From the human T2T-CHM13v2.0 reference genome, Homo sapiens, in assembly GCA_009914755.4 (NCBI GenBank), contig CP086569.2:30912001-30976000 (forward strand): DNA of 64,000 nt, given 5' to 3'. The notes below the pieces were generated by a model, which made no database searches, was not told the origin of the DNA, and saw nothing but the letters and a program-made list of their open reading frames with translations. How positions within the stretch are numbered: position 1 is the stretch's first letter; each line of letters opens with the position of its first letter. Positions 15,801-30,551 of the stretch are shown here, one piece after another. A program made the position numbers and the translations under genes.

Positions 15801-16365
15801 AAGGACTCGAATTTCATGAAACGGAATGGAATGAATTGGAACGGAATGGACTCGAATGGAATGGAATGTCATGGAATGGCATCAAATGGAATGGAATCAA
15901 ATGGAATGGAATCGAATGCAATGGAATGCTATGGAATGGAATGGAATGCATTGGAATGGAATGTCCTCTAATGGAATGGATTCGAGTGGAATGGAATCGA
16001 ATATAATGGAGTCGAATGAAATGGAATTGAAAGGAATGGGATCGAATACAATGGAATATACTGGAATGTAATGTAATGAACTCGAATGTAATTGACTGGA
16101 ATGGAATGTACATGAATGGAATGTAATCGAATGGAAAGTAATCCAATGGAATAGAATCTAATGCAATAAAATCGACTCAGATAGAGTAGAATGTAATGGA
16201 ATGGAGTACAGTGCAATGGAATGGAATGGAATGGAATGCAATTGAATGGAATGGAATGGAATGGAATGCAATGGAATGGGATGGAATGGTATGGAATGGA
16301 TAGTAATGGACTGGAGTGAAATGGACTGGAAAGGAATGGACTCAAATTCAAAGGGCTCGAAAGGA
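12807..16365 (+). repeat. HOR unit 4 (3559 bp), 'gaagggaat' subtype
   Basis: Anchor to anchor. Confidence 0.8.
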
Positions 16366-19300
16366 ATGGAGTCAAATGGAATGGTCTGGAATGGAATGAA
16401 CACGAATGTAATGCAATCCAATAGAATGGAATCGAATGGCATGGAATATAAAGAAATGGAATCGAAGAGAATGGAAACAAATGGAATGGAATTGAATGGA
16501 ATGTAATTGAATGGAATGGGAATGAATGGAGTGAAATTGTATGCAGTAGAAGGGAATAGAATGGAATGCAAGCGAAAGGAAAGGAATGGATTGGAATGGA
16601 ATGGAATTCATTGGAATGGAAGGGAATGTAGTGTAATGGACAGGCCTGGAATAAAGTGGAATGCTACGGTCTCGAATGGAATAAAAATGTATGGAATGGA
16701 ATGCAATGAAACGGAATCGAATGTCATAGAATGTAATGGAATGCAAAAAAATGGAATCCAAAATCATTGACTGGAAAGGCTGGGTGTCGAAAGGAATTGA
16801 CTCCAATGGAATGGAATCGAATGGAATGGAAGTGAATAGAATCGAACTAAATCGAATGGAATGGAATTGATAGGAACGGAATGGAAAGGAATGCAATGAT
16901 TTGGCATGGAATGGAATCGAATGGCATCGAATGGAATGGAATGGAATGCAATGGAATGGAATGTATTAGAATGGAATGAACTTTAATGGAATGTACTCGA
17001 ATGGATTCGACTGGAATGGAATGTTCTGGAAGTGAATGGACTCCAATGGAATGGATTCAAAAGGAATGGAATCGTACGGAATGGAATCTAATGGAATGAA
17101 ATTAAATGGAAATGAATCAAATTGAATAGCACGGAATTGAATTGAATGGAATGGAATGCAATGGAATCTAATGAAACGGAAAGGAAAGGAATGGAATGGA
17201 ATGGAATGGGCTGGAATGGAAAGGAATCGAAACGAATGGAATGGAATCGAACTGAAGAGACTGGAATGGAATGCACTGGAATGGAAGGGAGTGTAATGGA
17301 AGGTTCTCGAAAAAAATGGAATCGAATGGAATGGAATTGAATGGAACGGAATAGAGTCGAATGGAATGGAATGGAATGGAATGGACTAGAGTGAAATGGA
17401 ATCGAACCACAAGGAATGGACAGGAATAGAATGGTCTCGAATTGAATGGGATCGTATGGAATGGCATCAAACGGAATGGAATGGACAGCCACGGAATGGA
17501 ATGCACTCGAATGCAATGGAGTCGAAACTAATGGACTGGAATAGAATGGACTCGACTGGTACGGACTCCAATGGAATGGAATCGAATGGAAGGGAATCGA
17601 ACGGAATGGACTCGAAGGGAAAAGACTGCAATGGAAAGGTCTCGAATGGAATGGAAATTAATGGAATGGAATGGAATCGAATGAAATGGAGTCAAAAGGA
17701 ATGGAATCGAATGGCAAGAAATCGAATGTAATGGAATCGCAAGGAATTGATGTGAACGGAACGGAATGGAATGGAATCCAAAGGAATGGAATAGAATGGA
17801 ATGGAATCGAATGGAAAGGACTCGAATGGAAATCACTCGAATAGAATGCAATTTAATAAAATAGGATCAAATGTAATGGAATGGAATGGAAAGGAATCGA
17901 AACGAAAGGAATGGAGACAGATGGAATGGAATGGAACAGAGAGCAATGGTATAGAATGGAATGGAATCATCTGGAATGGAATTGAATGGAATGGAATAAT
18001 ATGAAATGGAATGGAATGGAATGGAATGGAATGCCCTTGAATTAAATGGACTGGACTCGAACAGAGTGGAATGGAAAGTGTTGAGATAGAATGGAATGGA
18101 CTCCTTTGGAATGGTGTAGTATGTAATGCAATCGACTGGCAGGGAATCAAAAGGAATGTAATCGAATGGATTGGACTGGAATGCAATGGACTCGAATAGA
18201 TTGGAAACGGAATGCAAAGGAATGGAATGGAATAGTATGGAATGCAATGGAAAGGAATGGAGTGGAATAGACTAGAGTGGAATGGAATGGACTGGAAAGC
18301 AATGGACTGGAATGGAACTTTCTTGAATGGACTGGAATCAAACGGAATGGAATGCAATGCAATCAAATGGCATGGAATAAAATAGAATGAAAGAGAATCA
18401 AATGGAATTGAATCGAATGGAATCGAATGGATTGGAAAGGAATAGAATGGAATGGAATGGAATTGACTCAAATGGAATGGACTAGAATGGAATGGATTCG
18501 AATGGAAGGCAAAGGAATGGAATCTATTGGAATGGACTGTAATGGAATGGAATGGAAGGGATTGGAATGGACTCGAATGGAATGGACTGCAATAGAAAGG
18601 ATTCGAATGGAATGAAAAAGAATTGAATGGAATAGAACAGAATGGAATCAAATCGAATGAAATGGAATGGAATAGAAAGGAATGGAATGAAATGGAATGG
18701 AAAGGATTCGAATGGAATGCAATCGAATGGAATGGAATCGAACGGAATGGAATAAAATGGAAGAAAACTGGCAAGAAATGGAATCGAAATGAATGGAGTG
18801 TTATGGAACGGAGTCAAAAGGAATTGAATGTAATAGAATGGAGTGGAGTGGACTCGAATATAATGGACTGGAATGGAATGAAATCACATGGAATGGGAAC
18901 GAATGGAATGGAATGGAAAGGAATGGAATCGAATGGAAAGGAATCGAATGGAAGGGAATGAAATTGAATCAACAGGAATGGAAGGGAATAGAATAGATGG
19001 TAATGGAATGGACTCGAATAGAATGGACACGAATGCTCAAATTGAATGGACTCGAATGGAATGGAAACGAAAGGAATGTCATCGAATGGAATTGAATCGA
19101 TTGGAATGAAATCGCATAGAATGGAGTGGAATCAAATGGAATTGAATCGAAAGGAAAGGAAGCGAATGGACTGAAATGAAATGGAATGGAATTGAATGGA
19201 AAGTAATGCAATGGAATAGAATGGAACGAAATTTCACGGAATGGAATCAAACTGAATGGAATCAAATCAATGGAATCAAATCAAATGGAATGGAAAGGAA

Positions 19301-19914
19301 TTGAATGGAGTAGATTGGATTGGATGGGATTGGAATGAAATGTACTGGAAAGGACTCGAATTTCATGAAACGGAATGGAATGAATTGGAACGGAATGGAC
19401 TCGAATGGAATGGAATGTCATGGAATGGCATCAAATGGAATGGAATCAAATGGAATGGAATCGAATGCAATGGAATGCTATGGAATGGAATGGAATGCAT
19501 TGGAATGGAATGTCCTCTAATGGAATGGATTCGAGTGGAATGGAATCGAATATAATGGAGTCGAATGAAATGGAATTGAAAGGAATGGGATCGAATACAA
19601 TGGAATATACTGGAATGTAATGTAATGAACTCGAATGTAATTGACTGGAATGGAATGTACATGAATGGAATGTAATCGAATGGAAAGTAATCCAATGGAA
19701 TAGAATCTAATGCAATAAAATCGACTCAGATAGAGTAGAATGTAATGGAATGGAGTGCAGTGCAATGGAATGGAATGGAATGGAATGCAATGAAATGGAA
19801 TGGAATGGAATGGAATGGAATGGAATGGGATGGAATGGTATGGAATGGATAGTAATGGACTGGAGTGAAATGGACTGGAAAGGAATGGACTCAAATTGAA
19901 AGGGCTCGAAAGGA
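16366..19914 (+). repeat. HOR unit 5 (3549 bp)
   Basis: Anchor ATG at 16366. Shares the 'gggaatgaatgg' (GMGMNG) variant with unit 6. Confidence 0.8.
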
Positions 19915-22900
19915 ATGGAGTCAAATGGAATGGTCTGGAATGGAATGAACACGAATGTAATGCAATCCAATAGAATGGAATCGAATGGCATGGAATATAA
20001 AGAAATGGAATCGAAGAGAATGGAAACAAATGGAATGGAATTGAATGGAATGGAATTGAATGGAATGGGAATGAATGGAGTGAAATTGTATGCAGTAGAA
20101 GGGAATAGAATGGAATGCAAGCGAAAGGAAAGGAATGGATTGGAATGGAATGGAATTCATTGGAATGGAAGGGAATGTAGTGTAATGGACAGGCCTGGAA
20201 TAAAGTGGAATGCTACGGTCTCGAATGGAATAAAAATGTATGGAATGGAATGCAATGAAACGGAATCGAATGTCATAGAATGTAATGGAATGCAAAAAAA
20301 TGGAATCCAAAATCATTGACTGGAAAGGCTGGGTGTCGAAAGGAATTGACTCCAATGGAATGGAATCGAATGGAATGGAAGTGAATAGAATCGAACTAAA
20401 TCGAATGGAATGGAATTGATAGGAACGGAATGGAAAGGAATGCAATGATTTGGCATGGAATGGAATCGAATGGCATCGAATGGAATGGAATGGAATGCAA
20501 TGGAATGGAATGTATTAGAATGTAATGAACTTTAATGGAATGTACTCGAATGGATTCGACTGGAATGGAATGTTCTGGAAGTGAATGGACTCCAATGGAA
20601 TGGATTCAAAAGGAATGGAATCGTACGGAATGGAATCTAATGGAATGGAATTAAATGGAAATGAATCAAATTGAATAGCACGGAATTGAATTGAATGGAA
20701 TGGAATGCAATGGAATCTAATGAAATGGAAAGGAAAGGAATGGAATGGAATGGAATGGGCTGGAATGGAAAGGAATCGAAACGAATGGAATGGAATCGAA
20801 CTGAAGAGACTGGAATGGAATGCACTGGAATGGAAGGGAGTGTAATGGAAGGTTCTCGACAAAAATGGAATCGAATGGAATGGAATTGAATGGAACGGAA
20901 TAGAGTCGAATGGAATTGAATGGAATGGAATGGACTAGAGTGAAATGGAATCGAACCACAAGGAATGGACAGGAATAGAATGGTCTCGAATTGAATGGAA
21001 TCGTATGGAATGGCATCAAACGGAATGGAATGGACAGCCACGGAATGGAATGCACTCGAATGCAATGGAGTCGAAACTAATGGACTGGAATAGAATGGAC
21101 TCGACTGGTACGGACTCCAATGGAATGGAATCGAATGGAAGGGAATCGAACAGAATGGACTCGAAGGGAAAAGACTGCAATGGAAAGGTCTCGAATGGAA
21201 TGGAAATTAATGGAATGGAATGGAATCGAATGAAATGGAGTCAAAAGGAATGGAATCGAATGGCAAGAAATCGAATGTAATGGAATCGCAAGGAATTGAT
21301 GTGAACGGAACGGAATGGAATGGAATCCAAAGGAATGGAATAGAATGGAATGGAATCGAATGGAAAGGACTCGAATGGAAATCACTCGAATAGAATGCAA
21401 TTTAATAAAATAGGATCAAATGTAATGGAATGGAATGGAAAGGAATCGAAACGAAAGGAATGGAGACAGATGGAATGGAATGGAACAGAGAGCAATGGTA
21501 TAGAATGGAATGGAATCATCTGGAATGGAATTGAATGGAATGGAATAATATGAAATGGAATGGAATGGAATGCCCTTGAATTAAATGGACTGGACTCGAA
21601 TAGAGTGGAATGGAAAGTTTTGAGATAGAATGGAATGGACCCCTTTGGAATGGTCTAGTATGCAATGCAATCGACTGGCAGGGAATCAAAAGGAATGTAA
21701 TCGAATGGATTGGACTGGAAAGCAATGGACTCGAATAGATTGGAAACGGAATGCAAAGGAATGGAATGGAATAGTATGGAATGGAATGGAAGGGAATGGA
21801 GTGGAATAGACTAGAGTGGAATGGAATGGACTGGAAAGCAATGGACTGGAATCGAACATTCTTGAATGGACTGGAATCAAACGGAATGGAATGCAATGCA
21901 ATCAAATGGCATGGAATAAAATAGAATGAAAGAGAATCAAATGGAATTGAATCGAATGGAATCGAATGGATTGGAAAGGAATAGAATGGAATGGAATGGA
22001 ATTGACTCAAATGGAATGGACTAGAATGGAATGGATTCGAATGGAAGGCAAAGGAATGGAATCTATTGGAATGGACTGTAATGGAATGGAATGGAAGGGA
22101 TTGGAATGGACTCGAATGGAATGGACTGCAATAGAAAGGATTCGAATGGAATGAAAAAGAATTGAATGGAATAGAACAGAATGGAATCAAATCGAATGAA
22201 ATGGAATGGAATAGAAAGGAATGGAATGAAATGGAATGGAAAGGATTCGAATGGAATGCAATCGAATGGAATGGAATCGAACGGAATGGAATAAAATGGA
22301 AGAAAACAGGCAAGAAATGGAATCGAAAGGAATGGAGTGTTATGGAACGGACTCAAAAGGAATTGAATGTAATAGAATGGAGTGGAGTGGACTCGAATAT
22401 AATGGACTGGAATGGAATGAAATCACATGGAATGGGAACGAATGGAATGGAATGGAAAGGAATGGAATCGAATGGAAAGGAATCGAATGGAAGGGAATGA
22501 AATTGAATCAACAGGAATGGAAGGGAATAGAATAGACGGTAATGGAATGGACTCGAATAGAATGGACACGAATGCTCAAATTGAATGGACTCGAATGGAA
22601 TGGAAACGAAAGGAATGTCATCGAATGGAATTGAATCGATTGGAATGAAATCGCATAGAATGGAGTGGAATCAAATGGAATTGAATCGAAAGGAAAGGAA
22701 GCGAATGGACTGAAATGAAATGGAATGGAATTGAATGGAAAGTAATGCAATGGAATAGAAGGGAACGAAATTTCACGGAATGGAATCAAACTGAATGGAA
22801 TCAAATCAATGGAATCAAATCAAATGGAATGGAAAGGAATTGAATGGAGTAGATTGGATTGCATGGGATTGGAATGAAATGTACTGGAAAGGACTCGAAT

Positions 22901-23463
22901 TTCATGAAACGGAATGGAATGAATTGGAACGGAATGGACTCGAATGGAATGGAATGTCATGGAATGGCATCAAATGGAATGGCATCAAATGGAATGGAAT
23001 CGAATGCAATGGAATGCTATGGAATGGAATTGAATGCATTGGAATGGAATGTCCTCTAATGGAATGGATTCGAGTGGAATGGAATCGAATATAATGGAGT
23101 CGAATGAAATGGAATTGAAAGGAATGGGATCGAATACAATGGAATATACTGGAATGTAATGTAATGAACACGAATGTAACTGACTGGAATGGAATGTACA
23201 TGAATGGAATGTAATCGAAAGGAAAGTAATCCAATGGAATAGAATCTAATGCAATAAAATCGACTCAGATAGAGTAGAATGTAATGGAATGGAGTGCAGT
23301 GCAATGCAATGGAATGGAATGGAATGCAATGGAATGGAATGGAATGGAATGGAATGGAATGGAATGGAATGGAATGGGATGGAATGGTATGGAATGGATA
23401 GTAATGGACTGGAGTGAAATGGACTGGAAAGGAATGGACTCAAATTGAAAGGGCTCGAAAGGA
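19915..23463 (+). repeat. HOR unit 6 (3549 bp)
   Basis: Anchor to anchor. Confidence 0.8.
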
Positions 23464-26400
23464 ATGGAGTCAAATGGAATGGTCTGGAATGGAATGAACA
23501 CGAATGTAATGCAATCCAATAGAATGGAATCGAATGGCATGGAATATAAAGAAATGGAATCGAAGAGAATGGAAACAAATGGAATGGAATTGAATGGAAT
23601 GGGAACGAATGGAGTGAAATTGTATGCAGTAGAAGGGAATAGAATGGAATGCAAGCGAAAGGAAAGGAATGGATTGGAATGGAATGGAATTCATTGGAAT
23701 GGAAGGGAATGTAGTGTAATGGACAGGCCTGGAATAAAGTGGAATGCTACGGTCTCGAATGGAATAAAAATGTATGGAATGGAATGCAATGAAACGGAAT
23801 CGAATGTCATAGAATGTAATGGAATGCAAAAAAATGGAATCCAAAATCATTGACTGGAAAGGCTGGGTGTCGAAAGGAATTGACTCCAATGGAATGGAAT
23901 CGAATGGAGTGGAAGTGAATAGAATCGAACTAAATCGAATGGAATGGAATTGATAGGAACGGAATGGAAAGGAATGCAATGATTTGGCACGGAATGGAAT
24001 CGAATGGCATCGAATGGAATGGAATGGAATGCAATGGAATGGAACGTATTAGAATGTAATGAACTTTAATGGAATGTACTCGAATGGATTCGACTGGAAT
24101 GGAATGTTCTGGAAGTGAATGGACTCCAATGGAATGGATTCAAAAGGAATGGAATCGTACGGAATGGAATCTAATGGAATGGAATTAAATGGAAATGAAT
24201 CAAATTGAATAGCATGGAATTGAATTGAATGGAATCGAATGCAATGGAATCTAATGAAACGGAAAGGAAAGGAATGGAATGGAATGGAATGGGCTGGAAT
24301 GGAAAGGAATCGAAACGAATGGAATGGAATCGAACTGAAGAGACTGGAATGGAATGCACTGGAATGGAAGGGAGTGTAATGGAAGGTTCTCGAAAAAAAT
24401 GGAATCGAATGGAATGGAATTGAATGGAACGGAATAGAGTCGAATGGAATTGAATGGAATGGAATGGACTAGAGTGAAATGGAATCGAACCACAAGGAAT
24501 GGACAGGAATAGAATGGTCTCGAATTGAATGGAATCGTATGGAATGGCATCAAACGGAATGGAATGGACAGCCACGGAATGGAATGCACTCGAATGCAAT
24601 GGAGTCGAAACTAATGGACTGGAATAGAATGGACTCGACTGGTACGGACTCCAATGGAATGGAATCGAATGGAAGGGAATCGAACGGAATGGACTCGAAG
24701 GGAAAAGACTGCAATGGAAAGGTCTCGAATGGAATGGAAATAAATGGAATGGAATGGAATCGAATGAAATGGAGTCAAAAGGAATGGAATCGAATGGCAA
24801 GAAATCGAATGTAATGGAATCGCAAGGAATTGATGTGAACGGAACGGAATGGAATGGAATCCAAAGGAATGGAATAGAATGGAATGGAATCGAATGGAAA
24901 GGACTCGAATGGAAATCACTCGAATAGAATGCAATTTAATAAAATAGGACCAAATGTAATGGAATGGAATGGAAAGGAATCGAAACGAAAGGAATGGAGA
25001 CAGATGGAATGGAATGGAACAGAGAGCAATGGTATAGAATGGAATGGAATCATCTGGAATGGAATTGAATGGAATGGAATAATATGAAATGGAATGGAAT
25101 GGAATGGAATGGAATGCCCTTGAATTAAATGGACTGGAATGGAATGGACTCGAACAGAGTGGAATGGAAAGTGTTGAGATAGAATGGAATGGACTCGTTA
25201 GGAATGGTCTAGTAGGCAATGCAATCGACTGGCAGGGAATCAAAAGGAATGTAATCGAATGGATTGGACAGGAATGCAATGGACTCGAATAGATTGCAAA
25301 CGGAATGCAAAGGAATGGAATGGAATAGTATGGAATGGAATGGAAAGGAATGGAGTAGAATAGACTAGAGTGGAATGGAATGGACTGGAAAGAAATGGAC
25401 TGGAATGGAACTTTCTTGAATGGACTGGAATCAAACGGAATGGAATGCAATGCAATCAAATGGCATGGAATAAAATAGAATGAAAGAGAATCAAATGGAA
25501 TTGAATCGAATGGAATCGAATGGATTGGAAAGGAATAGAATGGAATGGAATGGAATGGACTAGAATGGAATGGATTCGAATGGAAGGCAAAGGAATGGAA
25601 TCTATTGGAATGGACTGTAATGGAATGGAATGGAAGGGATTGGAATGGACTCGAATGGAATGGACTGCAATAGAAAGGATTCGAATGGAATGAAAAAGAA
25701 TTGAATGGAATAGAACAGAATGGAATCAAATCGAATGAAATGGAATGGAATAGAAAGGAATGGAATGAAATGGAATGGAAAGGATTCGAATGGAATGCAA
25801 TCGAATGGAATGGAATCGAACGGAATGGAATAAAATGGAAGAAAACTGGCAAGAAATGGAATCGAAATGAATGGAGTGTTATGGAACGGACTCAAAAGGA
25901 ATTGAATGTAATAGAATGGAGTGGAGTGGACTCGAATATAATGGACTGGAATGGAATGAAATCACATGGAATGGGAACGAATGGAATGGAATGGAAAGGA
26001 ATGGAATCGAATGGAAAGGAATCGAATGGAAGGGAATGAAATTGAATCAACAGGAATGGAAGGGAATAGAATAGACGGTAATGGAATGGACTCGAATAGA
26101 ATGGACACGAATGCTCAAATTGAATGGACTCGAATGGAATGGAAACGAAAGGAATGTCATCGAATGGAATTGAATCGATTGGAATGAAATCGCATAGAAT
26201 GGAGTGGAATCAAATGGAATTGAATCGAAAGCAAAGGAAGCGAATGGACTGAAATGAAATGGAATGGAATTGAATGGAAAGTAATGCAATGGAATAGAAT
26301 GGAACGAAATTTCACGGAATGGAATCAAACTGAATGGAATCAAATCAATGGAATCAAATCAAATGGAATGGAAAGGAATTGAATGGAGTAGATTGGATTG

Positions 26401-27007
26401 GATGGGATTGGAATGAAATGTACTGGAAAGGACTCGAATTTCATGAAACGGAATGGAATGAATTGGAACGGAATGGACTCGAATGGAATGGAATGTCATG
26501 GAATGGCATCAAATGGAATGGCATCAAATGGAATGGAATCGAATGCAATGGAATGCTATGGAATGGAATGGAATGCATTGGAATGGAATGTCCTCTAATG
26601 GAATGGATTCGAGTGGAATGGAATCGAATATAATGGAGTCGAATGAAATGGAATTGAAAGGAATGGGATCGAATACAATGGAATATACTGGAATGTAATG
26701 TAATGAACTCGAATGTAATTGACTGGAATGGAATGTACATGAATGGAATGTAATCGAATGGAAAGTAATCCAATGGAATAGAATCTAATGCAATAAAATC
26801 GACTCAGATAGAGTAGAATGTAATGGAATGGAGTGCAGTGCAATGGAATGGAATGGAATGGAATGCAATTGAATGGAATGGAATGGAATGGAATGGAATG
26901 GAATGGAATGGAATGGAATGGGATGGAATGGTATGGAATGGATAGTAATGGACTGGAGTGAAATGGACTGGAAAGGAATGGACTCAAATTGAAAGGGCTC
27001 GAAAGGA
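23464..27007 (+). repeat. HOR unit 7 (3544 bp)
   Basis: Anchor to anchor. A 15-bp (three-pentamer) deletion at offset ~120 is shared with unit 8. Confidence 0.8.
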
Positions 27008-30000
27008 ATGGAGTCAAATGGAATGGTCTGGAATGGAATGAACACGAATGTAATGCAATCCAATAGAATGGAATCGAATGGCATGGAATATAAAGAAATG
27101 GAATCGGAGAGAATGGAAACAAATGGAATGGAATTGAATGGAATGGGAACGAATGGAGTGAAATTGTATGCAGTAGAAGGGAATAGAATGGAATGCAAGC
27201 GAAAGGAAAGGAATGGATTGGAATGGAATGGAATTCATTGGAATGGAAGGGAATGTAGTGTAATGGACAGGCCTGGAATAAAGTGGAATGCTACGGTCTC
27301 GAATGGAATAAAAATGTATGGAATGGAATGCAATGAAACGGAATCGAATGTCATAGAATGTAATGGAATGCAAAAAAATGGAATCCAAAATCATTGACTG
27401 GAAAGGCTGGGTGTCGAAAGGAATTGACTCCAATGGAATGGAATCGAATGGAATGGAAGTGAATAGAATCGAACTAAATCGAATGGAATTTAATTGATAG
27501 GAACGGAATGGAAAGGAATGCAATGATTTGGCATGGAATGGAATCGAATGACATCGAATGGAATGGAATGGAATGCAATGGAATGGAACGTATTAGAATG
27601 TAATGAACTTTAATGGAATGTACTTGAATGGATTCGACTGGAATGGAATGTTCTGGAAGTGAATGGACTCCAATGGAATGGATTCAAAAGGAATGGAATC
27701 GTACGGAATGGAATCTAATGGAATGGAATTAAATGGAAATGAATCAAATTGAATAGCACGGAATTGAATTGAATGGAATGGAATGCAATGGAATCTAATG
27801 AAACGGAAAGGAAAGGAATGGAATGGAATGGAATGGGCTGGAATGGAAAGGAATCGAAACGAATGGAATGGAATCGAACTGAAGAGACTGGAATGGAATG
27901 CACTGGAATGGAAGGGAGTGTAATGGAAGGTTCTCGAAAAAAATGAAATGGAATGGAATAGAATTGAATGGAACGGAATAGAGTCGAATGGAATTGAATG
28001 GAATGGAATGGACTAGAGTGAAATGGAATCGAACCACAAGGAATGGACAGGAATAGAATGGTCTCGAATTGAATGGAATCGTATGGAATGGCATCAAACG
28101 GAATGGAATGGACAGCCACTGAATGGAATGCACTCGAATGCAATGGAGTCGAAACTAATGGACTGGAATAGAATGGACTCGACTGGTACGGACTCCAATG
28201 GAATGGAATCGAACGGAATGGACTCGAAGGGAAAAGACTGCAATGGAAAGGTCTCGAATGGAATGGAAATTAATGGAATGGAATGGAATCGAATGAAATG
28301 GAGTCAAAAGGAATGGAATCGAATGGCAAGAAATCGAATGTAATGGAATCGCAAGGAATTGATGTGAACAGAACGGAATGGAATGGAATCCAAAGGAATG
28401 GAATAGAATGGAATGGAATCGAATGGAAAGGACTCGAATGGAAATCACTCGAATAGAATGCAATTTAATAAAATAGGATCAAATGTAATGGAATGGAATG
28501 GAAAGGAATTGAAACGAAAGGAATGGAGACAGATGGAATGGAATGGAACAGAGAGCAATGGTATAGAATGGAATGGAATCATCTGGAATGGAATTGAATG
28601 GAATGGAATAATATGAAATGGAATGGAATGGAATGGAATGGAATGCCCTTGAATTAAATGGACTGGAATGGAATGGACTCGAACAGAGTGGAATGGAAAG
28701 TGTTGAGATAGAATGGAATGGACTCCTTTGGAATGGTGTAGTATGCAATGCAATCGACTGGCAGGGAATCAAAAGGAATGTAATGGAATGGACTGGACTG
28801 GAATGCAATGGACTCGAATAGATTGGAAACGGAATGCAAAGGAATGGAATGGAATAGTATGGAATGGAATGGAAAGGAATGGAGTGGAATAGACTAGAGT
28901 GGAATGGAATGGACTGGAAAGCAATGGACTGGAATGGATCTTTCTTGAATGGACTGGAATCAAACGGAATGGAATGCAATGCAATCAAATGGCATGGAAT
29001 AAAATAGAATGAAAGAGAATCAAATGGAATTGAATCGAATGGAATCGAATGGATTGGAAAGGAATAGAATGGAATGGAATGGAATTGACTCAAATGGAAT
29101 GGACTAGAATGGAATGGATTCGAATGGAAGGCAAAGGAATGGAATCTATTGGAATGGACTGTAATGGAATGGAATGGAAGGGATTGGAATGGACTCGAAT
29201 GGAATGGACTGCAATAGAAAGGATTCGAATGGAATGAAAAAGAATTGAATGGAATAGAACAGAATGGAATCAAATCGAATGAAATGGAATGGAATAGAAA
29301 GGAATGGAATGAAATGGAATGGAAAGGATTCGAATGGAATGCAATCGAATGGAATGGAATCGAACGGAATGGAATAAAATGGAAGAAAACTGGCAAGAAA
29401 TGGAATCGAAATGAATGGAGTGTTATGGAATGGACTCAAAAGGAATTGAATGTAATAGATTGGAGTGGAGTGGACTCGAATATAATGGACTGGAATGGAA
29501 TGAAATCACATGGAATGGGAACGAATGGAATGGAATGGAAAGGAATGGAATCGAATGGAAAGGAATCGAATGGAAGGGAATGAAATTGAATCAACAGGAA
29601 TGGAAGGGAATAGAATAGACGGCAATGGAATGGACTCGAATAGAATGGACACGAATGCTCAAATTGAATGGACTCGAATGGAATGGAAACGAAAGGAATG
29701 TCATCGAATGGAATTGAATCGATTGGAATGAAATCGCATAGAATGGAGTGGAATCAAATGGAATTGAATCGAAAGGAAAGGAAGCGAATGGACTGAAATG
29801 AAATGGAATGGAATTGAATGGAAATTAATGCAATGGAATAGAATGGAACGAAATTTCACGGAATGGAATCAAACTGAATGGAATCAAATCAATGGAATCT
29901 AATCAAATGGAATGGAAAGGAATTGAATGGAGTAGATTGGATTGGATGGGATTGGAATGAAATGTACTGGAAAGGACTCGAATTTCATGAAACGGAATGG

Positions 30001-30551
30001 AATGAATTGGAACGGAATGGACTCGAATGGAATGGAATGTCATGAAATGGCATCAAATGGAATGGCATCAAATGGAATGGAATCGAATGCAATGGAATGG
30101 TATGGAATGGAATGGAATGCATTGGAATGGAATGTCCTCTAATGGAATGGATTCGAGTGGAATGGAATCGAATATAATGGAGTCGAATGAAATGGAATTG
30201 AAAGGAATGGGATCGAATACAATGGAATATACTGGAATGTAATGTAATGAACTCGAATGTAATTGACTGGAATGGAATGTACACGAATGGAATGTAATCG
30301 AATGGAAAGTAATCCAATGGAATAGAATCTAATGCAATAAAACCGACTCAGATAGAGTAGAATGTAATGGAATGGAGTGCAGTGCAATGGAATGGAATTG
30401 AATTGAATGCAATGGAATGGAATCGAATGGAATGGAATGGAATGGAATGGAATGGAATGGAATGGGATGGAATGGTATGGAATGGATAGTAATGGACTGG
30501 AGTGAAATGGACTGGAAAGGAATGGACTCAAATTGAAAGGGCTCGAAAGGA
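27008..30551 (+). repeat. HOR unit 8 (3544 bp)
   Basis: Anchor to anchor. Its 3' two-thirds (from ~28600) is near-identically repeated in unit 9/10 space. Confidence 0.8.
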
